Source: an uncultured delta proteobacterium (GTDB taxonomy: Bacteria > Myxococcota > Myxococcia > SLRQ01). Taken from it: DNA of 64,000 nucleotides. The notes beneath the pieces are model-generated. The model did no database searches. It saw only the letters and a list, made by a program, of their open reading frames with translations, and was not told the origin of the DNA. Below are positions 26,620-37,491 of the stretch, in pieces. Numbering within the stretch: the stretch's first letter is position 1; the number at the start of each line of letters is the position of its first letter. The stretch covers positions 736,001 through 800,000 of the forward strand of contig CAVSGM010000001.1 in assembly GCA_963727485.1 (NCBI GenBank), read 5' to 3'. Position numbers and translations under genes: made by a program.

Positions 26620-27147
26620 ATGACCGAGCCGAAGCTCCAGGTGATCGCGGGCGGGAAGGGCGCGGAGGATCCCCAGCAGATCCTCCGCGCCTTCTACGAG
26701 CAGTACGCGCCCAGCGTCTACGGGCGCTGTCTCTACCTGCTCAAGGGCCGGGAGGACGCCGAGGACGCCATGCAGGAGGTCTTCGCCCGGGCCCTGTCGA
26801 ACCTCGAACGCTTCCGCGGGGAAGCCTCGCCCCTGACCTGGCTGATGACCATCGCCACCCACCACTGCCTCAACCAGATCCGCGGCCGGAAGGCCGGCTG
26901 GCGCGAGCGCTTCCGCCGCACCGAGGAGGCGCGGCCCCGGTCCCACGGAGGGCCGAAGCTCATGGAGGCGCGAGACCAGGTCCACCGGCTGCTCCACCGC
27001 TTCGACCTCGAGACCCAGCGGGCGGTGGTCCACTACCATGTCGACGGCATGACCCTCGAGGAGGTCGGCGCCACCCTGGGGCGGTCGGTGCCCACGGTCC
27101 GCAAGCGCCTCGCCCGCTTCGCCGCGGCCCTGGAAGAGGAGGAATGA
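26620..27147 (+). CDS. ECF RNA polymerase sigma factor
   Basis: DAEDAMQEVF, FRGEASPLTWL...IATHHCLN, region-4 HTH GMTLEEVGATLGRSVPTVRKRL. Confidence 0.92.
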   Translation: MTEPKLQVIAGGKGAEDPQQILRAFYEQYAPSVYGRCLYLLKGREDAEDAMQEVFARALSNLERFRGEASPLTWLMTIATHHCLNQIRGRKAGWRERFRRTEEARPRSHGGPKLMEARDQVHRLLHRFDLETQRAVVHYHVDGMTLEEVGATLGRSVPTVRKRLARFAAALEEEE

Positions 27148-27148
27148 G

Positions 27149-27919
27149 ATGAACGCCGAGCACCATGGAGAGCTGGAGCTCCGGCGCTTCCGCATCGGGG
27201 AGCTGCCCCCGGAGCGGTCCCGGGAGATCGCCGACCACGTCCCCGGCTGCGACGCCTGCCAGGCGCGGCTGGCGGCCATCGACGCCGAGGCCGCCCGGTT
27301 CCGCGAGTCGATCTCCTTCGAGCGCTTCGCCGCCGGGGTCGCCTCCGCCGGGCGCACCGCCCGCCGCCGGCCCCGCATCCCCCGGTGGGTGCCGCCAGCC
27401 ATGGCGCTGGCCGCCGCCGCCGGGGTGGTGCTCGCCCTCTCGGTGCGTCCGGCGACGGTCACGGGCCCGGCGCCCGCCGGGGCCAACCGGGTCAAGGGCG
27501 GCGGCGCCGCGGTGGACTTCTACGTCGGGGGCGAGGGCACCCCGCGCCTCGCCGGGGCCGCCGAGCGCCTCGCCGCCGGGGAGCGCGTCCGCATCGGCTA
27601 CCACCCCGGGCCCTATCGCTACCTCGCGGTGGTCTCGGTGGACGACGGCGGCGAGGTGAGCCGTCTCTATCCCACGGGCGGCGAGAGCCTCCCGGTGACC
27701 CGCGGCCGGGGCGCCGAGACCCTGCTCCCGAGCTCGGTGGCCTTCTCCGGCCACGGCCCCGAGCGGGTGGTCGTGGTCCTCACCCGGCGCCCGGTGCCGG
27801 TCAGCCGGGTGGCCAGGAAGGTGAAGGCCGCCTGGCGCGCCGCCGGCGGCGACGTCACCCACCTCGGGCCCCTGGACCTCCCGGGCGCCCACTTCCACCG
27901 GGTCTTCCTCAAGCCCTGA
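27149..27919 (+). CDS. Zinc-finger (ZAS) anti-sigma factor with TM helix and periplasmic DUF4384-like domain
   Basis: HVPGCDAC (HxxxCxxC); TM; RVKG, GERVRI, YLAVVSVDDGGEVSRLYP, GPERVVVV. Confidence 0.8.
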   Translation: MNAEHHGELELRRFRIGELPPERSREIADHVPGCDACQARLAAIDAEAARFRESISFERFAAGVASAGRTARRRPRIPRWVPPAMALAAAAGVVLALSVRPATVTGPAPAGANRVKGGGAAVDFYVGGEGTPRLAGAAERLAAGERVRIGYHPGPYRYLAVVSVDDGGEVSRLYPTGGESLPVTRGRGAETLLPSSVAFSGHGPERVVVVLTRRPVPVSRVARKVKAAWRAAGGDVTHLGPLDLPGAHFHRVFLKP

Positions 27920-27923
27920 CGCC

Positions 27924-29528
27924 ATGGCCCCCCGTCGTCACCGCCTCCGGGTCCTGGTCCCGGCGCTCCTCTGCCTGTTGGCGGGCACCGCCCGGGCCGG
28001 GGAGACCCGGCGCTTCGCGCTGCTCGTCGGCGACGACGACGGGGGTCCCGGGACCGAGCACCTCTACTACGCCCACGACGACGCCCGGCGGATCCGCGAC
28101 ATCCTGGTGCGCCTCGGGGGCGTGCGCGCCGGCGACGCCACCCTCCTCCTCGACGCCAGCCGCGCCCGCTTCCTCGACGCCCTCAAGCGCATCGACCGGC
28201 GCATCGCCGCCGCCCGGGCGAAGGGCGAGCGGACCATCCTGGTGGTCTACTACTCGGGGCACGCGGTGAACGGGGCCCTGCGCCTCGGGGGCACCGACCT
28301 GAAGCTCTCGGCCCTCAAGGCGCACCTCGCCGACTCACCGGCCGACGTGCGCATCGGGATCCTCGACTCGTGCCGCTCCGGGCTCATCGACCGGACCAAG
28401 GGAGCGCGGTTGGCCCCGGCGTTCCAGGTGGACACCGGCCAGGCGAGCGAGGCGAAGGGCCTGGTGCTCCTCACCTCCTCGAGCGCCAACGAGGACAGCC
28501 AGGAGTCCGATCGCATCGGCGGCAGCTACTTCACCTACAACCTCGCCAGCGGGCTCCTGGGCAACGCCGACCGCTCCGGGGACGGGCGGGTGACCCTCTC
28601 GGAGGCCTACGCCTACGCCTACGATCGCACCGTCGCCGCCACCGCCGGCACCGCGGCCGGCCCCCAGCACCCGACCTTCGCCTACGACCTCGCCGGCAAC
28701 GGGGACGTGGTCCTCACCGATGTGGCGAGCCGCCGGGAGGGCCTGCGGCTGCCCGCCTCGGCGCCGGCGGGGACGTACTTCCTGGTCCACGACGACGGGC
28801 GCATCGCCGCCGAGGTGGACAAGCCCGCGGGGGTGGCCCGGCGCATCGCCCTCGCCCCCGGGGACTACAAGGTCAAGCGCCGCCTCGCCGGCCACCTGCG
28901 CATCGGCGACCTCGAGGTCCCCGCCGGGCGGGTGGTGACCCTCGATCCGGCGACGCTCCACGACGCGCCCTTCTCCGACGACCCGGTGAAGGGGCTCGGC
29001 CGCCTCGGGCCCCCGCGCTACGCGGCCTGGAAGCTGGGCCTCGCCTGGCAGGGCTTCTTCGCCGCCCCCGACCTCTTCCCCTCGGGGCCGGTGGCCTCGT
29101 TGTCCCTCGCCATCCCCGGGGTCTTCGGCCCCGGCTGGCGCCTGGGCGTCGACCTCGACGTCGGGGGCACCACCGCCACCCTGGTGGCCCCTGGGCTCGC
29201 CAGCGTGCCGTACCAGACGGTGGAGCTCGGCGGCGGTCTCTCGGTGGAGCGCGAGGTGGACCTGGGCCCGGTGGTCCTCTCCGCCGGCGGGCGCCTCGCC
29301 TACCTCTACCTGGCCCGGCACTTCGACCCCGCCACCGCCCTGCCGTCCCAGTACTTCGCCACCTTCACCCCGGGTGTCACCGCCGGGGCCCGCCTGCGCC
29401 TCGGCGCCGGCTTCAGCCTCGCCGTCTCCGGCCGGGTCCACTACCTGTACTACAACGTCGACGGCGACCGCTCCCTGGGCTACGCCGAGCTCGGGGCGCA
29501 GATCGTGTACCAGAAGGAGCCCCGGTGA
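27924..29528 (+). CDS. Secreted caspase-like (peptidase C14) protein with C-terminal beta-barrel-like region
   Basis: Signal peptide ending ARA-G; RRFALLVG, LYYAHDDA, catalytic dyad YYSGHA and ILDSCRSG, SQESDRIGGSYFT, AGPQHP; amphipathic strands at the C-terminus. Confidence 0.88.
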   Translation: MAPRRHRLRVLVPALLCLLAGTARAGETRRFALLVGDDDGGPGTEHLYYAHDDARRIRDILVRLGGVRAGDATLLLDASRARFLDALKRIDRRIAAARAKGERTILVVYYSGHAVNGALRLGGTDLKLSALKAHLADSPADVRIGILDSCRSGLIDRTKGARLAPAFQVDTGQASEAKGLVLLTSSSANEDSQESDRIGGSYFTYNLASGLLGNADRSGDGRVTLSEAYAYAYDRTVAATAGTAAGPQHPTFAYDLAGNGDVVLTDVASRREGLRLPASAPAGTYFLVHDDGRIAAEVDKPAGVARRIALAPGDYKVKRRLAGHLRIGDLEVPAGRVVTLDPATLHDAPFSDDPVKGLGRLGPPRYAAWKLGLAWQGFFAAPDLFPSGPVASLSLAIPGVFGPGWRLGVDLDVGGTTATLVAPGLASVPYQTVELGGGLSVEREVDLGPVVLSAGGRLAYLYLARHFDPATALPSQYFATFTPGVTAGARLRLGAGFSLAVSGRVHYLYYNVDGDRSLGYAELGAQIVYQKEPR

Positions 29529-30493
29529 TGCGCCGCGCCACCTCCCTCGTCCTCGCCCTCGCCACCGTCCTCGCCGGGACCGCGTGCGGGAACTGGTCCA
29601 ACCAGGACCTGGTCTTCCTCGCGGCCCTCCCGGACCGGACCCAGCTCTCGAGCAAGCTCGCCGGGACCCAGGTCGCCTCGTCGTCCTCGGGGCTCCAGCA
29701 GGCCCTCCTCGGCGACGTCGCCGACGGCTACACCTTCTCCCAGGACGCCTCCAAGGCCTTCAACGGCGGCCTCTACGCCACCCTCGATCTCCTGGAGCAC
29801 GTGCGCACCGTGCCCCCGACCACCCGCCACACCGACGAGCGCATCTGGGGACCGTTCCGGGACCCGGCCTCCCTCACCCACTTCGTGCAGGTGGTGATCG
29901 ACCGGACCGGCTGCAGCCTCGGCGCCGACGGGGTGCGGCGCTGCGCCACCTACAGCTACCACCTCGACCTGCGTCAGGGGCAGACCGGGCCCTGGGCGAC
30001 CTACCTCTCGGGGACCTGGCAGGTCACCGGCACGGTCCGGGAGGGGCAGGGCACCCTGGCCCTCGACGCCGACGCCGCCCGCTCGGTGGGCATCGACCCG
30101 GTGTCCCTGCAGAAGATCGCCAACATCAGCGTGACCTACCAGACCGCGCCGTTCCCCATCCAGGTGGCCATGACCGTCAGCGGCACCGGCGGCACGGTCA
30201 TCGACTACGCCTACCGGGAGCTCGCCACCGGCAGCGGGGGGATGCACTTCCACACCCAGGCCAACGTCATCGCCGGCGCCGCCGTCGAGGACGTGGACAT
30301 CCGGGCCGGGTGGCGCCCGGACTCGGTGGGCACGGCGACCCTGGTCATCAGCGGCGGCGACGCCGGCAGCGGCGCCACCAAGGTCGAGTGCTGGGACACC
30401 GCCGGCCGGCTCACCTATGACACCGAGAGCTGGAGCGGGAACGTCGAGGGGGATCCCAAGGCGTGCCCCACGGCGGTGCCGACCTTCCCGTGA
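29528..30493 (+). CDS. Beta-rich lipoprotein (paralog B)
   Basis: TGATG overlap with the caspase gene; lipobox GTAC; WGP, GQGT, ECWD motifs. Confidence 0.8.
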   Translation: MRRATSLVLALATVLAGTACGNWSNQDLVFLAALPDRTQLSSKLAGTQVASSSSGLQQALLGDVADGYTFSQDASKAFNGGLYATLDLLEHVRTVPPTTRHTDERIWGPFRDPASLTHFVQVVIDRTGCSLGADGVRRCATYSYHLDLRQGQTGPWATYLSGTWQVTGTVREGQGTLALDADAARSVGIDPVSLQKIANISVTYQTAPFPIQVAMTVSGTGGTVIDYAYRELATGSGGMHFHTQANVIAGAAVEDVDIRAGWRPDSVGTATLVISGGDAGSGATKVECWDTAGRLTYDTESWSGNVEGDPKACPTAVPTFP

Positions 30494-30537
30494 GCGCGGG
30501 GGCGCCGGCGCCGGCGCCGGCGAATCCGGCGAACGAA

Positions 30538-30590
30538 GCCGGCGACCCGGCACGGGCGGGCCGGCTGCAGGATGCCGGCGCCAAGCGATC
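30538..30590 (+). repeat. Dispersed REP-like repeat, copy 3, flanked by GCCGGC and CGGAGC microrepeats
   Basis: First 25 nt identical to copy 1; 45/53 overall by manual count. Confidence 0.85.
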
Positions 30591-30705
30591 CGGAGCCGGA
30601 GCCGGAGCCGGAGAAGTCGATTGGCCCTGCGCCACCCGGGGCCGGCCTCACCGCCGGTTCGCGCCCGCCGGCTGGCGCCCCTGTGGCATCATGCGACCTG
30701 ACGCC

Positions 30706-31204
30706 ATGGCCGCCCGCCTCCTCGCCGTCGTCCTCCTCGTCGATGCCCGCCGCCGCCCGGGCCGACTCGCCGATCCGCGAGGGGGGCACCGGCCGGCCCT
30801 TCTCCCTGACCCTCGACGCCGGGGCCGCGGTCCCGGCCACGGCGGCCACCCGGACCGGCTCGCACCCGGCGCTCGCCGCGGAGCTCTCGGCCACCTGGTG
30901 GGTCACCGAGACCTGGCAGGCGGCGGCGTCGTTCGGGTGGCAGGGACCCGGCCGCGGTTACGAGGCCCTGGTGGGCCCGGTGGCGAGGAGCGGCTTCTAC
31001 CCCATGAGCGTGAGCCTCGGCCTCCAGGTCGGGGCTTTGGTGGTGCCCGGGGCCGCGCCGCGGCCGGTGCTCACCCCGCGCCTCGGCGCCGACCTCCGCC
31101 TCGGGCCCCACGCCCTGGTGGGGATGGGCTACGCCCTGGACCTGCGCCTCGACACCTTCGAGGTGGTCCACCGGGTCTACCTTGATCTGGGTTGGCGCTT
31201 CTGA
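30706..31204 (+). CDS. Secreted small beta-barrel-like protein; probable frameshift in the signal peptide (~30740)
   Basis: MAARLLAVVLLV in one frame continues as PAAARADSP in another; ends YLDLGWRF (OMP-like C-terminus). Confidence 0.55.
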
Positions 31205-31226
31205 CCGGGGGCCCTACACTCCGGGG

Positions 31227-31625
31227 GTGATGGGACCTCATGTCCTCATCGTAGATGACGATCCCGAGTATGCCGCGCTGCTGGCGGCTCGGGTGAGCCG
31301 CCGGCAGCCAGGCAGCCAGTGCCAGGTCTGCACCGCCCCCCGGGACGCCCTCGATCGCTGCTGCCAGGCGGACCTGGTCATCGTCGACCTGGAGATGCCC
31401 GACCTCGACGGCATGGGCTTCCTTCGGGAGGCGGTGCGCCGGGGGCTCGACCCGGACCGGGTGGTGATCAACAGCACCCACGGCGCGGCCGAGCTCCACC
31501 GGCGCTTCCACCTCGGCGAGTGCCTCGCGGTCCTCGACAAGCTCGACGCCGCCCAGCAGCACGTCCTCGACCTCATCGTCGACGGGGTCGCCGCCCGGCG
31601 GGCCCGGACCGCCGCCGCCAGCTGA
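31227..31625 (+). CDS. Single-domain response regulator
   Basis: VLIVDDD, DLVIVDLEMPDLDG, VLDK. Confidence 0.85.
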   Translation: MMGPHVLIVDDDPEYAALLAARVSRRQPGSQCQVCTAPRDALDRCCQADLVIVDLEMPDLDGMGFLREAVRRGLDPDRVVINSTHGAAELHRRFHLGECLAVLDKLDAAQQHVLDLIVDGVAARRARTAAAS

Positions 31626-31665
31626 CCGCCCGGGTCCCACCGGATCCCGGCCCCGGCTTCGCCCC

Positions 31666-31687
31666 TGACGGAGGCCGGGCGTAAGCT
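31666..31687 (+). promoter_or_regulatory. RecA-NDp-like motif TGACGG-N10-TAAGCT; probable leaderless promoter of the radical SAM gene
   Basis: One mismatch to TGTCGG-N10-TA-N3-T; GTG start 6 nt after the -10 hexamer. Confidence 0.4.
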
Positions 31688-31693
31688 GCCGCT

Positions 31694-32725
31694 GTGCCCC
31701 GCCCGGTCGACAACCCCCCGAACCCCTGGCACAGCCGCGAGGTCGAGCTCCTCGAGCCGGCGCCGCCCGCGGCCCTCGAGATCTTCGAGGAGCGGGCCCG
31801 GACCATCGTCGCTTCGAACGACAGCCCCGACGTCCCCTTCACCTACAGCGTGAACCCCTACCGGGGCTGCTTCCACGGCTGCGCCTACTGCTACGCCCGC
31901 CCGGGCCACCAGTACCTCGACTGGGGCGCCGGCACCGACTTCGAGCGGCGCATCGTGGTCAAGGTCAACGCCCCCGAGCGCCTCCGGGCAGCGTTCCTGA
32001 AGCCTTCGTGGCAGGGCGAGGCGGTGGCCTTCTCCGGGGTCACCGACTGCTACCAGCCCCTGGAGGCGAGCTACCAGCTCACCCGCCGCTGCCTCGAGGT
32101 CTGCCTCGAGTTCAAGAACCCCGTGGGCGTGATCACCAAGGGGGCCCTGATCCAGCGCGACGCCGACCTCCTCGGGCGGCTGGCCCGGGAGGCCCGGGCC
32201 AAGGTCTTCGTCTCCATCCCCTTCGCCGACGACGCCACCGGCCGGGCCCTCGAGCCCTACGCCGCCACCATCGGCCGGCGCTTCGAGACCGTGCGGGTGC
32301 TCGCCGACGCCGGGGTGCCGGTGGGGGTCGCCATCGCCCCGGTGATCCCCGGCCTCAACGACAGCCACATCCCCGAGATCCTCGAGCGCGCCAAGGCCGC
32401 CGGCGCCACCCGGGCCTTCCGCATCCTCCTCCGGCTCCCCGCCGAGGTCCGCCCGGTCTTCGAGGCGCGCCTCCGCGAGGCCTTCCCCCTGCGCGCCGAG
32501 AAGGTCCTCAACGGCCTCCGGGAGATGAAGGGCGGGGCGCTGAACCGCACCGCCTTCGGCGCCCGGATGGTCGGCGAGGGTCCCCGCTGGCTGGCCGTCA
32601 CCGCCCTCTTCGACGCCCACGCCAAACGCCTCGGCCTCGACGGCCGCGAGGAGATCGACGTGATCCCCGAGGGCACCACCTTTCGCCGGCCCACCCGCCA
32701 GCGCAGCCTCTTCGACGACGACTGA
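31694..32725 (+). CDS. Radical SAM protein, PA0069 / spore-photoproduct-lyase-like family
   Basis: NDSPDVPF, SVNPYRGCFHGCAYCYAR, GTDFERRI, TDCYQPLE, APVIPGLND. Confidence 0.92.
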   Translation: MPRPVDNPPNPWHSREVELLEPAPPAALEIFEERARTIVASNDSPDVPFTYSVNPYRGCFHGCAYCYARPGHQYLDWGAGTDFERRIVVKVNAPERLRAAFLKPSWQGEAVAFSGVTDCYQPLEASYQLTRRCLEVCLEFKNPVGVITKGALIQRDADLLGRLAREARAKVFVSIPFADDATGRALEPYAATIGRRFETVRVLADAGVPVGVAIAPVIPGLNDSHIPEILERAKAAGATRAFRILLRLPAEVRPVFEARLREAFPLRAEKVLNGLREMKGGALNRTAFGARMVGEGPRWLAVTALFDAHAKRLGLDGREEIDVIPEGTTFRRPTRQRSLFDDD

Positions 32726-32751
32726 CGCGCCCCCCGAGCCCGGGAGCCCCC

Positions 32752-33523
32752 ATGCAAGACGCCTGGCGTCCCGACCAGTACCACCGCTTCGCCCGCCAGC
32801 GCCGGGGGCCCTTCTTCGATCTCCTCCGGGGTGTCGACCGCCGCCCGGGGATGCGGGTGCTCGACCTCGGGTGCGGCACCGGCGAGCTCACCGCGGTGCT
32901 GGCCCGGGTGCTCCCCGACAGCGAGGTGGTGGGCGTCGACCGGTCGGCGCGGATGCTCGAGCGCGCCGTTCGACACGCCGGCCCCCGGCTGACCTTCCGC
33001 CAGGGGGACATCGAGGCGGCCCTCGGCGATCTCGGCGACGCCGACCTGGTGTTCTCCAACGCCGCCCTCCAGTGGGTCGACGACCACGCGCGCTTCTTCC
33101 CGGCGCTCCTCGCCGCCCTGAAGCCCGGGGCGCAGCTGGCGGTGCAGATGCCCGACAACCACGACCACCCCTCCCACCGGCTGGCCCGGGACCTCGCCCG
33201 GGAGGCGCCCTTCGCCGCGGCCCTCGGCGGCTACGTCCGTCAGACCCAGGTGCTGCGCCTCGAGCGCTACGCCGAGCTCCTCGAGGCCGCGGGCCTGACG
33301 CGGCTGGACTGCCTGGTGCGCGTCTACGGCCACCGGCTGCCGAGCACCCGCTCGGTGGTGGAGTGGACCCGGGGCACCACCCTGGTGCCCTACCTGGCCC
33401 GCCTCGATCCCGAGGCGGCCGAGGCCTTCCTCGCCGCCTACGACGCCCGGCTCCTGGCGGAGCTCGGGGACCGGGCGCCGTACTACTACCCCTTCCGGCG
33501 GATGCTGCTCTGGGGCCGGCGGC

Positions 33524-33537
<14 letters not shown>
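32752..33537 (+). CDS. tam: Trans-aconitate 2-methyltransferase
   Basis: WRPDQYHRF, LDLGCGTGELT, SNAALQWV, LAVQMPDN, YPFRR. Confidence 0.85.
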
Positions 33538-34474
<937 letters not shown>

Positions 34475-34566
34475 GGCCGCGGGAGACTGCCGCGTCGGTG
34501 CCGGTCTTGCAAGGGGCATGGGGACGGCCGCCGGATTCCGCCGGACCGGGGCGCACCCGGGGCCCG

Positions 34567-35811
34567 TCAGGCGGCCTGGCGCTCCACCTCCGGGGCCACC
34601 GCCTTGCCCCGGGTGAGCCGCGAGAGCACCAGCCCCAGGGCCATGGCCCCCGCCGCCACCCAGGCCCAGGTCGCCAGGAACATGTGGGTGATGAGCACGC
34701 CGGCGAGGAGCGGCGCCGAGATCTGGGCCACCGAGTTGAGGGACTGGGTGAGGCCGAGGACCACACCCTGCTCGTGGCGGCCCACGTTCTGGGTCACCAG
34801 GCTGGTGATCGCCGGGCGCAGGACCCCGGTGCCGAAGGAGGCGAGGGTGGTCACCACCAGAAGCGAGGCGATCCCCGCCGAGAGGCCGAGGCCGAAGTAG
34901 GCCACCGCCGCCGAGAGGAAGGCGGCGGTGATGAGCTTTCGCTCCCCGAAGCGGGCCACCAGCCGCCCGATGAGCCCGCCCTGGAGGATGATCCCGAGCA
35001 GGCCGGCGTAGGCGAAGATGTAGCCGACCTCCTTGGGGCCGAAGGGCTGGCCGTGCCACAGGAAGCGCCGCTCGGCGAAGAGGGCGAAGCCGGCGGTGAA
35101 GGTGGCGAAGGCGAAGGAGAAGCAGAAGAACTCCCCGAGGAGGCCCCGGAGCACCGGCTGCTTGAAGTACTGGAGGTAGGCGCCCCAGGACAGGATCGAG
35201 AGGCGCTTGCCGCCGGGGGCCGCCTCGCCGCTCTCGGCGATGGAGTGCTCCACCTCCACCTGCGACGCCCGGGGGAGCAGGGTGGCGGTGGCGATGATGC
35301 TGGTGAGCGAGAGGCCGGCGGCCACGTAGATGGGGTAGGTGTAGCTGTACTGGGCCAGCCACCCGGAGAGGCCCGGGCCCACCAGGAACCCAAGCCCGAA
35401 GGCGATGCCGATGAGGGCGAAGCTCTTGGCCCGGTCCTTCGCCTCGGTGACGTCGGAGATGTACGCCTGGGCCAGCGAGAGGTTCCCGGCGGTGGCGCCG
35501 TCGATGACCCGGGAGACGAAGATGACCCACAGGGCCGTGGCCTGGGAGAGCAGGAGGAAGCCGAGCAGGGTGCCGATCTGGCTGACGATGAGCAGCGGCT
35601 TTCGGCCCATCCGGTCCGAGAGCTGGCCCAGGATGGGACCCGACACCAGCTGGCAGAGGGCGTAGGTGCCGATGAGCAGGCCCACCACCGTGGGGCTGGC
35701 GCCGTACTTCTCCGCGTAGAACGGCAGGAGCGGGAGGATGATCGTCAGGCCGAGGACATCGACCACGACGATGAGGAAGATCGGGAGCAGGGGGGAGCGG
35801 GTGCGCGACAC
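34567..35811 (-). CDS. MFS transporter (TetA/DHA1-like)
   Basis: GQLSDRMGRKP, GFLVGPGLSG, about 12 TMs. Confidence 0.92.
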   Translation of the reverse strand: MSRTRSPLLPIFLIVVVDVLGLTIILPLLPFYAEKYGASPTVVGLLIGTYALCQLVSGPILGQLSDRMGRKPLLIVSQIGTLLGFLLLSQATALWVIFVSRVIDGATAGNLSLAQAYISDVTEAKDRAKSFALIGIAFGLGFLVGPGLSGWLAQYSYTYPIYVAAGLSLTSIIATATLLPRASQVEVEHSIAESGEAAPGGKRLSILSWGAYLQYFKQPVLRGLLGEFFCFSFAFATFTAGFALFAERRFLWHGQPFGPKEVGYIFAYAGLLGIILQGGLIGRLVARFGERKLITAAFLSAAVAYFGLGLSAGIASLLVVTTLASFGTGVLRPAITSLVTQNVGRHEQGVVLGLTQSLNSVAQISAPLLAGVLITHMFLATWAWVAAGAMALGLVLSRLTRGKAVAPEVERQAA

Positions 35812-35896
35812 GATGAAGCCCCAGGTTGGCGTGGGGGCAAAGCCTAGGCCCGGCCGGGTCTAGCACCAGCGCCGGCGCCGGCGCCAGGGCCAGGGC

Positions 35897-36484
35897 CTAC
35901 TCCGCCGAGCCGTAGTGCTCGTCGGGACCGCGGTTGTAGAAGCGCACCGACCGCTCGGCGATCTTGAGGACCGCCTCGGCGCCCTCCCGGGGGACCACCG
36001 CGTACTCGATGGCGTGGGGCAGGGGGTGCTCGATGATCGCCAGCTCCCCGGTCCCCAGCTTCGCCTCGACCTCCTCGGAGACCAGCATCCGCTTGATGCG
36101 CCCCTTGCGGTCCTGGAAGAAGAAGACCTTCGCGCCGGCGGCCTCGAGGCCCAGGGCGTCGGCGACCCGGCGGACGTCCTCGGCCTTCTGGCGCTCCTCG
36201 GCGGCGCGGCGGCGGTTCTCGGCGCGCTCCCGGTCGAGGGCCGCCTGCTTCTCCTTCTCGGCGCGCTTCGCCTCGGCGGCGGCGAGCTCCTCTGGGGTCA
36301 GGCGCTCCTCGGCGGGCTTCGGCGGCCCGCCCGGGCCCCGGCCCCCCCGGCCCTTGGCCTTGCCCTTGCCCTTGCCCCGGGCCTGGCGGTCGCGCCGGGC
36401 CGCGTCGGCCTCGGCCTGCTTCACCTGGTCCTCGTTGACGAGGCCGGCTTGGAGGAGCTTGTCCCGGAGGTTGTTGATGGCCAT
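35897..36484 (-). CDS. DUF2058 (YaiL-like) protein
   Basis: NLRDKLLQAGLV, coiled coil, KIKRML-like motif, VVPREGAE. Confidence 0.7.
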   Translation of the reverse strand: MAINNLRDKLLQAGLVNEDQVKQAEADAARRDRQARGKGKGKAKGRGGRGPGGPPKPAEERLTPEELAAAEAKRAEKEKQAALDRERAENRRRAAEERQKAEDVRRVADALGLEAAGAKVFFFQDRKGRIKRMLVSEEVEAKLGTGELAIIEHPLPHAIEYAVVPREGAEAVLKIAERSVRFYNRGPDEHYGSAE

Positions 36485-36574
36485 GGCGCCTCCCATCGCG
36501 TCGGGGCCGTGACGCGCACCCGCGCCTCGTCCTAACCTCTACGACACCGGCGCCCTCGCGTCACCCCCACCCCC

Positions 36575-37453
36575 ATGCCCCCCACCGCCGACATCGACGC
36601 CCTCTGCCACCGCCTGGGGATCCCCGGGGTGGTCGACGCCCACTGCCACTTCATGCCCGAGGCGGTGCTCCGGAAGGTGTGGCGCTGGTTCGACGAGGGC
36701 GCGCCCTACCCCTGGCCCATCCAGTACCGGGAGGACGAGTCCACGCGGCGCGCCGCCCTCGAGGCGCTCGGGGTCACCCGCTACACCAGCCTCAACTACG
36801 CCCACAAGCCGGGGATGGCGGCCTGGCTCAACGACTGGACCCTGGGGCTGCTGGACCGTGACCCCAGGGTCATCGGCACCGGCACCTTCTTCCCCGAGCC
36901 CGAGGCCCCACGCTACCTCGACCGGCTCCTCGCCGACGGCCGCATCCGGGGGTTCAAGCTCCACCTCCAGGTGGGCGGGTTCCACCCGGACGATCCCCGG
37001 CTCCACCCCGGCTACGCCCGGCTCCAGGAGGCGGGGCTGCCGGTGGTGATCCACTGCGGGACGGCGCCGGTGGCCGGACCCCACACGGCGGCCGGGGAGA
37101 TGGACGCCCTGCTCGCGCACTTCCCCGACCTGAAGGTCATCGTGGCCCACATGGGTGCCTACGAGTACGGCCACTACCTCCGGCTCGCCGAGCAGCGGCC
37201 CTCGGTCTTCCTCGACACCACCATGATCTTCGTCCCGTTCCTCCCCGGGCCGCCGTTCCCCGAGGCGCTCCTCCCGCGCCTCGAGGCCCTCGGGGACAAG
37301 GTCCTCTTCGGCTCGGACTTCCCCAACATCCCCTACCCCTACGGGGCGGCGGTGCAGGGCCTGGTGGACCTGGGGTTCGGGGACGGGTGGCTCCGGGGCG
37401 TCCTCCACGACAACGCCCTGCGGGTCTTCGGCGTCGACGACCTGCCCGCGTGA
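36575..37453 (+). CDS. Amidohydrolase-2 family protein
   Basis: DAHCHF, GFKLH, VIHCG, VAHMG, LFGSDFP. Confidence 0.9.
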   Translation: MPPTADIDALCHRLGIPGVVDAHCHFMPEAVLRKVWRWFDEGAPYPWPIQYREDESTRRAALEALGVTRYTSLNYAHKPGMAAWLNDWTLGLLDRDPRVIGTGTFFPEPEAPRYLDRLLADGRIRGFKLHLQVGGFHPDDPRLHPGYARLQEAGLPVVIHCGTAPVAGPHTAAGEMDALLAHFPDLKVIVAHMGAYEYGHYLRLAEQRPSVFLDTTMIFVPFLPGPPFPEALLPRLEALGDKVLFGSDFPNIPYPYGAAVQGLVDLGFGDGWLRGVLHDNALRVFGVDDLPA

Positions 37454-37491
37454 GCGCCGCGCCGAGGGTCACCGGACCCACGCGGCGCCGG

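Noticed and set aside
27924..29528. Caspase as part of an anti-phage cell-death system (gasdermin, CBASS, Avs)
   Set aside because: It carries a signal peptide, and no gasdermin, TIR, NACHT or cyclase gene is nearby; the context is ECF signalling.
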